Shown: positions 9,872 to 20,673 of the stretch, piece after piece | How positions within the stretch are numbered: the first letter of the stretch is position 1 | Layout of the letters: each line of letters opens with the position of its first letter | Source: an uncultured Nitrososphaerota archaeon | GTDB lineage: Archaea > Thermoproteota > Nitrososphaeria > Nitrososphaerales > CADDZS01 | NCBI GenBank assembly: GCA_963799845.1 | Contig: CAWCYI010000004.1 | Span: 1,152,001-1,216,000, forward strand | Direction: 5' to 3' | Length of the DNA: 64,000 nt | Position numbers and translations under genes: made by a program | Notes under the pieces: generated by a model | Database searches by the model: none | What the model was told of the DNA's origin: nothing | The model's input: the letters and a program-made list of their open reading frames with translations, nothing else

Positions 9872-11046
9872 AATCTCGCCACTAGGTCTTTTTCATCAGG
9901 CGCTCGGCGTTTCTGGATAAGATTCAGCTCGGCGCTTGAGTAGCATTCGTCTTCATCCATAATTTCCCGGTTAACGAGTTCATCGAGTGCTTCAGCCAGT
10001 CCCGCCTTTGCAAGTCGGGCGGACATCCAATGCATTTCCGGCAACGCAAAACAATCTGATCCGTACACAATCTTGCTGGGCGGCGCGGTGAGCAGGATGG
10101 TCAGGAATCTCTCTTTTCCCATGGGGAGCGCAAACCCAGGAGGAAAAGGCGAAGAAATTTCAACATAGACGTTGGAAAATACTTTCGCCAGCCACGAAGC
10201 TTCCAGCGTGTACGGGTACCCACCGTGAAGCAATGCAATTTTTGTATGTCGAACCCTCTCGTCCTTGAGCAGCTCCTGTAGAAAAATTGGGTTACATCTT
10301 GCTCCCATAATATCTGTATCCCCGAGGCCTGTGTAGATTTCGAAAAATACTCCCAGCTCCTCGGCCTTGCGGATCGCTCTAACAAGAAGAGCGTTCCTTA
10401 TTCTCGGCACCATGGGTCCAAACCATGAGGTCTCGACGCGGCCGGCCTTCATTGCTCTAAACTCCTCTCCGGCAAGCTTCTCGTCGTATGGATAGACTTC
10501 CAGTCCACTCCTGTATGCTATCGCTGACTTGAAGGCGATCGCCTTTTTGTTTGCGACCAGATCGAACAGTTGTTTATCGAAATCGGAGACCAGTTCATCG
10601 AACGAACCTGAGCTCTGCAGGAGCTTACTTATTACCGGCTCTATCCTAGCGATCCGGTCTAGATCGCAAGGCACGTATTCCTTTAGCTCGTCGATCGGAA
10701 TTGAATACACTCCGTCATCAATCCAAAGCCCCTTGATGTTGACATCCTTGAAAAGCGAGCCGACATATGACCCAAAATTCTTCAGGGCCCGTTCATTCCT
10801 CGCTTCAATCAGCGCGCCAGTGCTTCTTGCGCATCCAAGAAACTTTGAGACCATTCTCAAAAACTGGGAGTAGCTTGTTTGGCTCTCAAAGCTTTCATTC
10901 ACCTCTTGTGGGACACTGGAAACGGCGGGTCCTCCGAGCGAAAAGATCTCGGCAAGCTTTGCCCTCGTCAAGCGCGGCTCGCGGGGAAAGGCGAAACAGT
11001 TGACGTCGGTTGTCTCAAGTCTCGTGAGATCGATCTTGTTTCCCAA
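9868..11046 (-). CDS. Amidohydrolase-fold protein (FluG N-terminal-like), metal ligands apparently degenerate
   Basis: FKSAIAYRSGL, TGLGD, LLHGGYPY, YGSD...PE. Confidence 0.75.
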   Translation of the reverse strand: MGNKIDLTRLETTDVNCFAFPREPRLTRAKLAEIFSLGGPAVSSVPQEVNESFESQTSYSQFLRMVSKFLGCARSTGALIEARNERALKNFGSYVGSLFKDVNIKGLWIDDGVYSIPIDELKEYVPCDLDRIARIEPVISKLLQSSGSFDELVSDFDKQLFDLVANKKAIAFKSAIAYRSGLEVYPYDEKLAGEEFRAMKAGRVETSWFGPMVPRIRNALLVRAIRKAEELGVFFEIYTGLGDTDIMGARCNPIFLQELLKDERVRHTKIALLHGGYPYTLEASWLAKVFSNVYVEISSPFPPGFALPMGKERFLTILLTAPPSKIVYGSDCFALPEMHWMSARLAKAGLAEALDELVNREIMDEDECYSSAELNLIQKRRAPDEKDLVARF

Positions 11047-11249
11047 GCCGAGCTCACTATTCCGATTACTAGTTTATACTTTTATTTGAGTGCATTGAGA
11101 TGGCTCGCAATCGAGAAGAGTTCTTTGATTAAAAGGAGTGCAGAACACTTCTTGGCGATGTGAACTAAAGTTCGGTACTTGGAATGGAAAGTATTTCGAG
11201 CGAAATGTGATAGAGCGAATTCCGATTTCATGGAATCAAGTTAGGGCGA

Positions 11250-11747
11250 CTAGATCTCGATCCAACTGTTATTTTCGTCACGAGACCAGAACCGTCCCTT
11301 CAGGCATCTGTAGAGAGAAATCTTCGAATCTCCCTTGACGACGTGGCGGTGAGCGTACCTCGCGTCATCGGTTTCGTAGTAAATCGGACTCGTTATCCCG
11401 AACCCCAAGTCGTTCAACTCGCGACCAACCGCGAGCACTTCGTCGGTATCATAGTAATTCTGGGTATAGACAATTATCATCCTGTTTGAAACATTCGGCA
11501 TGAAATTTTTCTTTGCGGTCGCTGACTTTGAGAGAAACCCTAGCCTCGAATCAACTGTAGCTTTTCTGATCTTCTCCCATGATTCGTCCAGTTGCTTAAG
11601 AGCAACATAAACGAGCCACTTGCCGATCAGGCGGGGATCGGCATTCGTATCCGAATAAGGAGGGGTTGCTTCTATCCAGTATACATCTTTAGTTTTTGAA
11701 GGCGGTCTATTGTATTCTCGGGCAACGCCGATTCCAAGGATTGGCAA
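11250..11747 (-). CDS. DUF1917/Bles03-like (eIF4E-like fold) protein
   Basis: GKWLVY...W.KI..AT...LG...K.AT...IIVYT...D.....V...L..LG pattern. Confidence 0.65.
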   Translation of the reverse strand: MPILGIGVAREYNRPPSKTKDVYWIEATPPYSDTNADPRLIGKWLVYVALKQLDESWEKIRKATVDSRLGFLSKSATAKKNFMPNVSNRMIIVYTQNYYDTDEVLAVGRELNDLGFGITSPIYYETDDARYAHRHVVKGDSKISLYRCLKGRFWSRDENNSWIEI

Positions 11748-11938
11748 TAGATCTCCACCGACTCCTGCACTAAGGTCTTAACTCAGCCGTGATGCATGGT
11801 TAAAGTTCTTTTCGTTAGGCTATTGAAATTTAAATTTTCGCTTCGGAAATCGTAGTTCAATGCAACCGGACGGAATATTCTTCCGAGCACGCACAAAATC
11901 AGTTACATTTACAAGGCCCGTCAGATAAATTCGATTCC

Positions 11939-12379
11939 ATGGTATCCGCTCGTGATCATCTCTACGACTCTTTTCTAGATCAGCTTTCCAAATTTCGCGA
12001 CGACGAATGGCACCTAGTATTGTTCGAAGGCTCACCGACCGAAAACTCGTACTCGTGGTGTGCCGACTGCGTGTTTGCCCAGGATGGAGTTAAGAAATTC
12101 AAATCAACTTACGACGGGCCTGTGTACTTTCTCCAGTTTAAAGTCGGATCAAGAGAAGAGTGGTCGTCAGACAGTCCTTTCAAAATTCGATTCCCCTACC
12201 TCACTGACCTTCCAACTGCTGTCCTGTTTCGCGGCCAGATAGATGCAATGCGGGTCATAGCGGTCGAGCAAAAAGATCTCCTCTATCTCTGCGAGCGATC
12301 TCAGGAGTATGAGCAGCAGATCAGGTCCGGCGCGTGGAGTCCGCCGAAGATCCGCAGAGTACAACTGGCCCAGAGTTGA
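11939..12379 (+). CDS. Thioredoxin-fold protein, TXNDC17/TRP14 (DUF953)-like
   Basis: SWCADC active site, VG.REEW...SPF, LPT. Confidence 0.7.
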   Translation: MVSARDHLYDSFLDQLSKFRDDEWHLVLFEGSPTENSYSWCADCVFAQDGVKKFKSTYDGPVYFLQFKVGSREEWSSDSPFKIRFPYLTDLPTAVLFRGQIDAMRVIAVEQKDLLYLCERSQEYEQQIRSGAWSPPKIRRVQLAQS

Positions 12380-12599
12380 ACAACGCTATCGGCCTACGGT
12401 ATATTCGACTTTAATATCCATCCAGAGATCTGTACCGCGGATCCATCTCTTGGCAGACTCTGGAGACCTTCAGACCCTCATCACCCTTGCTCTCGTGGTA
12501 GACGCTTTCATCATGGGCGCGATGTGGCAGCTGACTCAGCGATCCCCGGCGGAGACGAAACATCTTGAAAAGAGTTTCAGCGAGCCATTGACTCTTGCC

Positions 12600-13502
12600 C
12601 TAAACCGCGGGATAATTCTCCAGCCACCACCGCGCGATCTCGTCGCGTCGGGCAAACCACACTTTAGGAAATGACTTTGCGTACGTGATGAATTTTTGCA
12701 GAGCGACGATCCGGCCCGGCTTGCTTGAAATCCGAACGTGTGTCCCAATCGACATCATCTTCGGATTCACTTCGCCCTCGGCATAGAGGACATCAAAACT
12801 GTCCTTCAGATACTGGAAGAAGCTCTCCGAGGTGTTGAACTTTCCCATCCAGTAGTGAAAGTCGTTACAGTCAGAAGTATACGGTACAACGAGGTGCTTT
12901 TTAGATCCTACACGCACGTAATACGGGATTTCGTCGTTGTACACGTCCGAGTCATAGATGAACCCTCCTTCTTCTACAAGAAGTCGTCGAACGTTCGCTC
13001 CCGGCTCGCGGCAGTACCAGCCGACCGGTCGTGTTCCAGTGAGGCGCTCGATTGTTTCCACAGCTTTCCTAATGTCTTCCTTGGATTCTTCCTCGTTCCA
13101 CCGGAAGTTGTCGTACCAACGGTATCCGTGAGAACAGATTTCGTGGCCTCGTTTCACAATCTCTCTCGCTCCCTCGGGGTTTGCCTCAAGCGCTTCTCCG
13201 CAGGCGTAAAACGTCACTTTGATCTCTTCGCGATCAAAGAGATCAAGCATTCGCCAGATTCCTACACGACTCCCGTACTCGAATACTGATTCCAGCCCTA
13301 AATCCCGGATCGGAAGATCGATGGGAGGAAAGTCTCCGAACTGCTCGGGCATCTTGTCTCCCTTCAAGACGGAGTTTTCGGCGCCTTCTTCGAAATTCAC
13401 AACCAGTTGCACGGCAATCCGAGCGTTGTTCAGCCAGACAACCTTGGGAGGATTTTTCCCATAGCCGATGAAATCGCGTTCCAAATTTTCAGGAATTTTC
13501 AA
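12600..13502 (-). CDS. Polysaccharide deacetylase family protein (PuuE allantoinase-like)
   Basis: VNFEEGAE, EYGSRVG, HEICSHGYRW, YDSD, PKMMSIG.H. Confidence 0.88.
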   Translation of the reverse strand: MKIPENLERDFIGYGKNPPKVVWLNNARIAVQLVVNFEEGAENSVLKGDKMPEQFGDFPPIDLPIRDLGLESVFEYGSRVGIWRMLDLFDREEIKVTFYACGEALEANPEGAREIVKRGHEICSHGYRWYDNFRWNEEESKEDIRKAVETIERLTGTRPVGWYCREPGANVRRLLVEEGGFIYDSDVYNDEIPYYVRVGSKKHLVVPYTSDCNDFHYWMGKFNTSESFFQYLKDSFDVLYAEGEVNPKMMSIGTHVRISSKPGRIVALQKFITYAKSFPKVWFARRDEIARWWLENYPAV

Positions 13503-13633
13503 AATCTCTCATCTCTAAAATTTCCTGACCGGTGCAACATCATCATTCGATTGAATCCAAAGGTTACACACTTCTTCCCCAACTCTCGCAAATTTTCTTA
13601 AACATGATTAAGGTGTTGAGCAGTGGCAACATA

Positions 13634-14752
13634 TTAACGAACCATTCCCCGCGCCAAGACTGGAAGACTCTTCTTGACCCTGCCACGCCTCGCATAATAC
13701 ATCATGTCGTGAAGATTCACGCAGGTGCACACGTGGAATGGAACAAATTCGAATTTCCTTCCGATCTGGAACTCGCTTCTCGCCATTTCATCTTCGAGTC
13801 TTAACTTACCGTGCTCCTCGGAGAAGCCAGTGAATTTTGCATGCAACTTTTCGTAATTCTTCAGATTTGGATATTCAGTTTGATCATAGTCAAAGGTCTT
13901 CAGACCCCCGTCTATCACTGCGCGAGATTCTTCCGGTCTACTTATCACAGAGCAGATGACTGACAGGGCCACGTTATTCATAGAAACGAGTCCACTACGA
14001 ACGTGCTCCCAATCGTAGAAGATGTACTCCCCGGGAGTAATTTCTGTTACGTCAGGATAAGTCGCGGAAATCTTCGCGGAAGGAGTTCCTCCGACGATGA
14101 CGTTTTCAACTTCCAGCCCAGCTTTTCGGATGTTATTCTTCGCATCGGAGACCTTGCCCATAGCTTCTTCCACCTGCCGAGCCCACTCTCCCCGCGGGCC
14201 CCCGCCCACATATCCCTCGTATCCCATTATCCCTTTGAAAGCAAGACCTTTCGAGCTCGAAACCAGGGAAGCAAGTTTCCCAGCTTCGTCGGGTCGAACC
14301 CCGCAGCGGTGCATGCCGCAATCGATGTCAACTAAACAATTTAGTTCGACCCCGGAATCTTTCGCCGCATTGGATAAATTCTGTACGCCGACGCTACTAT
14401 CAACGCAGATCGACATTGCGGCTTCCTCGGAAAGCTCGGCGAACAGCTTCAGCTTCTCCGGATCTACGACTTCATTGCTGACGAAGACGTTTCTAACTCC
14501 GTTATCGACCATCACTTTGGCTTCGCTAACTTTTTGCGTGCAGATTCCAACAGCACCAAGCTCCATCTGCCGCAAAGCGAGCTCCGGAGTCTTGTGCGTC
14601 TTTGAGTGAGGTCGCAATTTGACACCCATATGCTTGCAGAAATCCGCCATGTCGAGCAGATTTTTCTCCATCTGATCTAAATCGATCACGACGGATGGCG
14701 TCCCTAGATCCCATACTGACATTCCCAGGACGGCAGGAGTTTCGAGAGTCAT
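13634..14752 (-). CDS. D-threonine aldolase/DSD1-family PLP enzyme (alanine racemase fold)
   Basis: TPSVVIDLD, LRPHSKTHK, G.HRCG, GYEG, GGTP, SEEHG, HVCTCVNLHD; ATG 14752 chosen as start. Confidence 0.88.
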   Translation of the reverse strand: MTLETPAVLGMSVWDLGTPSVVIDLDQMEKNLLDMADFCKHMGVKLRPHSKTHKTPELALRQMELGAVGICTQKVSEAKVMVDNGVRNVFVSNEVVDPEKLKLFAELSEEAAMSICVDSSVGVQNLSNAAKDSGVELNCLVDIDCGMHRCGVRPDEAGKLASLVSSSKGLAFKGIMGYEGYVGGGPRGEWARQVEEAMGKVSDAKNNIRKAGLEVENVIVGGTPSAKISATYPDVTEITPGEYIFYDWEHVRSGLVSMNNVALSVICSVISRPEESRAVIDGGLKTFDYDQTEYPNLKNYEKLHAKFTGFSEEHGKLRLEDEMARSEFQIGRKFEFVPFHVCTCVNLHDMMYYARRGRVKKSLPVLARGMVR

Positions 14753-15134
14753 TTCTTTTCGATAGATTGCGCTGGAAATGATAAATGGTTTCTGTTTTAC
14801 GCTATGCTGAAATTGACAAAACATACCTTCAAATCGACGTGATTTGGATCATCTACAATTTCAGATATTCGCAAATCTCCAACGAGGCTACAAGGGAGTA
14901 GCCCCCTTCCGGATGTTTCGCGTCCGCCTAATTTTCTATCATGCCTCCTTTACAATCCGGGAGTCTTGTAAAGATCTTCTGAGATAATTTCGAATTACAG
15001 AGTGGCCGTTAAGCCTCGATCTCCGAACTCTTCGTAAAATTCCCTTGGCCAAACTCGATTTGCCCTACATTTTATAATATCCTCGTGCAACCTCCCGAAA
15101 AGCATAATATGCACTGACAAATTTCCGGACTCTC

Positions 15135-16766
15135 GTGCAGTCACCAAAGTACTTTGTTAGAGACGCTACCGGCCTAGTTAGAGAATTCGGATCAATCGAT
15201 GTATTGCTTTTCGCATCTTGCATGGTTTTCGCGCTAGTGTACACCACGACTCAGTTTGCGTGGTTTTATGGGAATACTCAGGGAGCCAATATGCCTGGTT
15301 CGTTACTAGTGGCTGCAATACCCTTCATATTTTTGATGCTCACTTACTGGGTGATCGGGCTTGTGATGCCCCGGACCGGCTCAGATTACGTTTGGGTCAG
15401 TAGGATATTTACTCCGTCCGTTGGTTTCGTTTGGTCTCTGTTTTACATCCTGATGGTCTTTCTCGTGGGCTTCGTCGGTGAAAGCGTTTCGTTCTCCTAT
15501 GCATTTTCTATTACGCTGACGACTGGCGGGCTGATAAGCGGCTCGAGTGCATTAACAAATGCAGGCAATTTCCTTGGCTCGGGAAATGGCACTTTCCTTC
15601 TAGCCGTCGCATTAACTATTATTTTTGCAGCGTTCGCGATCTTTGGGGCTAGATTCATCAAAGGATTATTGTACGTTTCTTGGGCTGCGGCGATCGTTGG
15701 AATCGGTCTTATGTGGTATATTCTCGGGTCGGTCGGCAACGGAGCCTTCATTAGCCACTGGAACACTTTGCTCAGCAGTTTAGGAACTAGCGCGACTTAC
15801 TCCGCAGTCCAGAGTGCAGCTGCGTCCAACGGAGCACCGTCTAGTCTAACAGGATTGAGTGGAATTATTATCGCGCTTCCACTCGCGGCTCTGTTTCTTT
15901 TTGGGTCAAATAACGTCAACGCTTTTGCGGGCGAAATGAAAAACATCAAGAAAGCTATTCCAATCGCACTTTTCTTGTCATTAGCCCTTGGAATAGTCTA
16001 TTGGGCGGTTACATCTAGTTTGACTTTGAATACTATAGGGGCTAGCTGGATCCAGCAAGTGGGGTACGGCTGGAACAACGCCGCTTCCAATCCGCATGCT
16101 TATACATTGCCATTCGCGCCCTCCCAGCCGCTGTTTCTTGCTGTGGCTGCTTATCCGAACACCGCTCTGATTTATGTAATGTTCTTCACCTACCTTCTTG
16201 GTTCTATCGCTCCACTCTTTACATTCTTCTGGATACCGAGCAAGTACATTTTCGCCTGGTCTTTTGACAGAGTTGTGCCGACGAAATTCTCTGACACGTC
16301 GCAGAGATTCGGAACGCCGTACGTTTCGATCATAGGAATGGTGGTAATTGCAATCGGACTGGTAATCCCCTACGCATACTACGGTTGGTCAAGTACTTTT
16401 ACTGTGGGAAGCGTGCTCTGGGGGATTGCCCTGATCATTCCAGGACTAGCTCTAATGGTATTTCCGTTTGTCAAGAAGGATATGTTCAAGTTATCCCCTG
16501 GATTCACTTCCAAGAAGATCGGGGGACTACCCATTGTTTCAATATTTGGCGCATTGACTGCCATTGGATTCGGTTATCTGGGTTACATCGCTCTCAACAA
16601 CAGCCTTTACGGTAACGGTGCGGTCGGTGTTTTCGACACGTTCACATACGAGCTCGTTGCGGCCATCATAATCATTGGATTTGTAATCTACGCAACCTCG
16701 TACTACTATCACAAGTCCCGCGGCATGAACATCAGCATGGCTTTCACCGAGATACCGCCAGAGTAA
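15135..16766 (+). CDS. APC-family amino acid permease
   Basis: FVRDATGLVRE, MPRTGSDYVW, AGEMK, AWSFDR..P; about 12 hydrophobic segments. Confidence 0.9.
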   Translation: MQSPKYFVRDATGLVREFGSIDVLLFASCMVFALVYTTTQFAWFYGNTQGANMPGSLLVAAIPFIFLMLTYWVIGLVMPRTGSDYVWVSRIFTPSVGFVWSLFYILMVFLVGFVGESVSFSYAFSITLTTGGLISGSSALTNAGNFLGSGNGTFLLAVALTIIFAAFAIFGARFIKGLLYVSWAAAIVGIGLMWYILGSVGNGAFISHWNTLLSSLGTSATYSAVQSAAASNGAPSSLTGLSGIIIALPLAALFLFGSNNVNAFAGEMKNIKKAIPIALFLSLALGIVYWAVTSSLTLNTIGASWIQQVGYGWNNAASNPHAYTLPFAPSQPLFLAVAAYPNTALIYVMFFTYLLGSIAPLFTFFWIPSKYIFAWSFDRVVPTKFSDTSQRFGTPYVSIIGMVVIAIGLVIPYAYYGWSSTFTVGSVLWGIALIIPGLALMVFPFVKKDMFKLSPGFTSKKIGGLPIVSIFGALTAIGFGYLGYIALNNSLYGNGAVGVFDTFTYELVAAIIIIGFVIYATSYYYHKSRGMNISMAFTEIPPE

Positions 16767-16899
16767 TGTGCCGAATTGCAAATTTAATGATGTGGGCCTA
16801 ATTTGCAATAAAGTACAACTAGGAAGAACAAAAAGGAATCGACGCGGGCACTCACCGTATTAAATTCTGCCTTTCGATTTCAATGACCTTCCGGCAAGA

Positions 16900-17705
16900 T
16901 CAGACCTCAATTTTGGAAGCCAGCGACTCGCCCCATTGCGCGAACAGCCCTCCGTCGATCAAGAATGGCGTCCCGGTAATGAATGAGGATCGATCTGTGG
17001 CAAGGAACAAAACGAGCTCCGCGACTTCCTCTGGCTTGCCGATTCTACCCATCGGATAGATCTTATCGTAAGCTTTCCTCGTTCTTGCAGGATCTTTGTT
17101 CGCCCGAATTCCTTGGCCTGCATCGCCGTATCGATTGAACCAGGGCAAATGCAGTTTACCCTGATATTATATTGTGCGAGATCGAGGGCAGACGCCTTCG
17201 TGAGACCGATCACTCCGTGCTTAGAAGCGGCATATGCGGCGGACTCGAGTGCGCCGGCGACTCCGAGGCTTGAAGAAGTGTTGACGATCACCCCGCGCGT
17301 CTTCTTCAAATGAGGGACGGAATACTTTGTGCCCAAAAACGCCCCGCGAAGATTCACGGCAATTATGTGATCCCACGTTTCTGTGGGAGTTTTTTCGACC
17401 GATGTCCACTCATAGATGCCAGCGTTGTTGAAAACAACATCAAGTTTTTCGAATTCATCTAGAGCGAACCCTATCATGTTTTTGACATCGTTTTCGTTAC
17501 TGACATCAGTTTTCACGAAGCCGGATCTGCCGATCCCGAAATTCTTGGCAATCAGGTAGGATGTCTTTCTTCCTCCCTCTACGGAGACATCTGCCACAAC
17601 GACCTTCGCCCCTTCTTTTGCGAATAATAGAGCGGTGGCTCTGCCGATACCGGAGCCGGCACCTGTAACGATAGCGACTTTTCCTTCAAACTGAGGCGAG
17701 TTCAT
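16900..17705 (-). CDS. Short-chain dehydrogenase/reductase; apparent frameshift near 17105
   Basis: [17 protein letters not shown] in one frame; [12 protein letters not shown]...DGG in the 16900..17148 frame. Confidence 0.88.
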
Positions 17706-17818
17706 GACTTGGACGCATAGGAAATGCTCTTCTGTTATTGTTTTTGCGAGGTCGAATGAATCTGGCCCTGATTCTCAGAACGATTGCGACGCTACCCGAT
17801 TATCTAGAATTAATGCGC

Positions 17819-18613
17819 TCACTTTAGAGAATCAATATCGATCTTTTCAAATTCTTTCGCGAATTCTGCATAGTAATCGGCGAATTGCTCGATCAGTTTG
17901 TTTCCCGCGTCAACTAGCTTTGGCAACTCGTCCTGTTTCACGTAGGGAGGAGTTGAAAGATCAATCTCCCACGCATCCACCGGGATTGTCACAGTGCCGC
18001 CGCGAAACTTGAAGTTCGTGAATACGACCGGCGTGATCTTTTCTCCCAGAATTTTCTTTGTCGGATTTGTCCCCCACTCGCCTCTGTGGGTTACCTCCCT
18101 GAGGTCAGCATTTTCCTTGCCGTGGATCGCTACGCCTATCGACATTTCTTGCAGATAATCGGTGTCCCGTGGATAGAGACCTAGATCATTTGCGGTTGTC
18201 CACCACTCCAAAATTGCAACGAGCATTCCGAGCTTGCGAACATTGCGGCCGGCGCGGGTAAGTGCTTCGCGATTTCCGCCGTGCCCGTTAATGAAAACTA
18301 CTTTTCTGACTCCGTTCTTTCGAAGGCTTGTCAAAATGTCAGTATAGTATAGTTCGAGCACGTTGGGGCTAATTCCAATAGAACCCGGATAGTTTGCCAT
18401 CTTGTCGTCTTCACCATAGGCGACGACAGGTAGAATCAACATGCCAGTTCTCTTTCCGACCTCGTCAGCCAACCTCTCCGGGGCTGTAGCATCAATTCCG
18501 ATCGGGGTCGGACCGTGTGCGTGCAAGGTTCCGGTAGGTACTATAACGGTGTCTGATCTCTTGAATGCCTCCTCCGCCTCTTTCCAAGACATGTCGGACA
18601 GCTTGTACTTCAT
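17819..18613 (-). CDS. Creatininase/creatinine amidohydrolase family protein
   Basis: MSWKE, PTG..HAHG, D, NGHGGN. Confidence 0.85.
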   Translation of the reverse strand: MKYKLSDMSWKEAEEAFKRSDTVIVPTGTLHAHGPTPIGIDATAPERLADEVGKRTGMLILPVVAYGEDDKMANYPGSIGISPNVLELYYTDILTSLRKNGVRKVVFINGHGGNREALTRAGRNVRKLGMLVAILEWWTTANDLGLYPRDTDYLQEMSIGVAIHGKENADLREVTHRGEWGTNPTKKILGEKITPVVFTNFKFRGGTVTIPVDAWEIDLSTPPYVKQDELPKLVDAGNKLIEQFADYYAEFAKEFEKIDIDSLK

Positions 18614-18752
18614 TTAGTTCATGAGCAGTAAAAATGAGTCATTTATTCATTGTTCCTTGAAACAATCTCGGATTTCAAAAACGAAAAGTGATGATTAATT
18701 TCGGCTAAATATTCGGAGAGCTATTAATATGCCCATTATGATTTAACTGAGC

Positions 18753-19604
18753 TTGACCTTGAAGAAAGCATTCGTCTCGGTAGATATGGAAGGTCTGCCG
18801 CACATAACATCAAACGAACACATGTCTCCAGGAAAGCATCTCTACGATGAAGCTCGCTCTATCATGACCGAGTGCGTTCTGGCAATGACAGATGAGCTTC
18901 ACAAATCTGGATTCGAAAGGGTCGTAGTGGCAGACAGTCACGGCCCGAAAGTAAATCTGATACCAGAGAAAATGCAACCATTCGTTGATGTAGTGCGAGG
19001 AAATCCTCGCTCAATTTCGATGGTTGCGGGTGGTAGGGGGTGCGATGTGGCACTTTTTCTCGGATACCACGCGAAACCTGGCACGCCCTTTTCTACTTTC
19101 GATCATACAATTGATGATAGGATTATTCGAACCTTGAAGTACAATGGAGAAGAATCCAGCGAGTTTTACATGAATGCGGCGACTCTTGGAGAGCAGGGAG
19201 TTCCAATCGTCATGGTCGCAGGCGACAGTACTCTATTGGAAGATGATGTAGCTAAGTATGCTCCTTGGGCAGTACGCGTGCCTCTCAAGAAAAGTTTGGG
19301 GCGCTATGCGGGAATTTCTCCATCCATGCCAGAGTGCCTTGACGCAATTCGGAGAGGCGTAAAGGAGTCCGTCTCCGGTTTCAATGCGGGCAAAATGCAG
19401 CCTCTCAGATTAGAAAATCCCGTCGAACTGGAAATCTATTTTACAAACTCTGATTACGCTCACATTGCCTCTCACCTCCCCGGATCGAAGATGATAGGCG
19501 GCTGGGGCATAAGTTACACAGCACAGACGATGGAAGAAGCCTATCGTGTGACTCAGCTGCTTGTCTTTGCGGCAAGCGGCGTAAAATCAAGCGTTGGCGA
19601 GTGA
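18753..19604 (+). CDS. dppA: D-aminopeptidase, peptidase family M55
   Basis: SVDMEG, DSH, GYHA, HT, E..MNA, GD. Confidence 0.92.
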   Translation: MTLKKAFVSVDMEGLPHITSNEHMSPGKHLYDEARSIMTECVLAMTDELHKSGFERVVVADSHGPKVNLIPEKMQPFVDVVRGNPRSISMVAGGRGCDVALFLGYHAKPGTPFSTFDHTIDDRIIRTLKYNGEESSEFYMNAATLGEQGVPIVMVAGDSTLLEDDVAKYAPWAVRVPLKKSLGRYAGISPSMPECLDAIRRGVKESVSGFNAGKMQPLRLENPVELEIYFTNSDYAHIASHLPGSKMIGGWGISYTAQTMEEAYRVTQLLVFAASGVKSSVGE

Positions 19605-19620
19605 GAAATTTTCGCTATGA

Positions 19621-20664
19621 TCATGCTTCGATGATTGTTGGTTGTTTCACCGCTTTATTCCGGAAGCTGTCCGCAAAGTGGCAGGCGGACCAGTGTCCGG
19701 AGTATATCTCGACCAGCTCGGGTTCGGTAGTCTTACACACGTCTTCGGCATAGGGACAGCGCGGATGAAACCTGCAACCACTTGGAACCCGTACTGCGCT
19801 CGGGACCTCGCCTTTGACCTGCTCTTCTGAAGCCATTTTCTTGTCAGGGTCGGGCTGCGGTACTGATGAGATTAGTGCCAAAGTGTATGGGTGTAGCGAG
19901 CCTTCGAGAACGTCTCGCACTCTGCCGATTTCAACGATCTTTCCGCTGTACATGACAGCCATCCTTTCTGCCATGTATTTCACGACGTTTACGTTGTGGC
20001 TGATGAAAAGATAGCTCAGTTTTCTTTCTTCCTGGATTCGACGGAGCAGATTGAGGATCTGGGTCTGGATGGATGAATCAAGAGCGCTCGTGGGCTCGTC
20101 CAGAACGATGAACTGCGGATTTACAATTAGGGCACGCGCGATCGCTATCCTCTGACGCTGGCCGCCGCTAAACTCGTGGGGGAATCGCATCATGCTGTCC
20201 TCTGACAGACCCACGGATGCCAGAGTATCCTTCAAGACTACATTGATGTCAGAATCTTTTTTCGACTCCTTGAACGCGAGGAGAGGCTCCAGCACGATGT
20301 CTTTCAAACGCTGGCGGGGGTCAAGAGAAGACATCGGATTTTGGAACACGATTTGCATGTTCCGCCTTATCTTTCGCAACTCCTCGCCTTTCAGTTTTGT
20401 AATGTCCTTGCCATTGAACAATACCTGGCCGGCCGTCGGACGCTGGAGCATTAATATCGTTCGCCCGAGCGTGGTTTTGCCCGAGCCTGACTCACCGACG
20501 AGACCGAGTGTTTCGTTTCGATTGACGGCGAACGAGACGTTATCTACTGCTCTGACCCAGAGTTTTTCTCTCTGCATCACCCGATCAGTAATACCGCTGC
20601 GCACGCGGTAGTATTTCTTCAGAGCCTTTGCTTCGACAATACGCTGGTCATTCGTGACTTCCAT
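19621..20664 (-). CDS. oppF: Oligopeptide/dipeptide ABC transporter ATP-binding protein
   Basis: GESGSGKT, FSGGQRQR, DEPTSALD, C-terminal CRFHPRC. Confidence 0.93.
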   Translation of the reverse strand: MEVTNDQRIVEAKALKKYYRVRSGITDRVMQREKLWVRAVDNVSFAVNRNETLGLVGESGSGKTTLGRTILMLQRPTAGQVLFNGKDITKLKGEELRKIRRNMQIVFQNPMSSLDPRQRLKDIVLEPLLAFKESKKDSDINVVLKDTLASVGLSEDSMMRFPHEFSGGQRQRIAIARALIVNPQFIVLDEPTSALDSSIQTQILNLLRRIQEERKLSYLFISHNVNVVKYMAERMAVMYSGKIVEIGRVRDVLEGSLHPYTLALISSVPQPDPDKKMASEEQVKGEVPSAVRVPSGCRFHPRCPYAEDVCKTTEPELVEIYSGHWSACHFADSFRNKAVKQPTIIEA

Positions 20665-20673
20665 GAATAACGC

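Noticed and set aside
12309-12674. 121-aa plus-strand ORF (or a shorter TTG-started membrane peptide within it)
   Set aside because: Overlaps both neighbours and has no recognisable motif; cannot be supported
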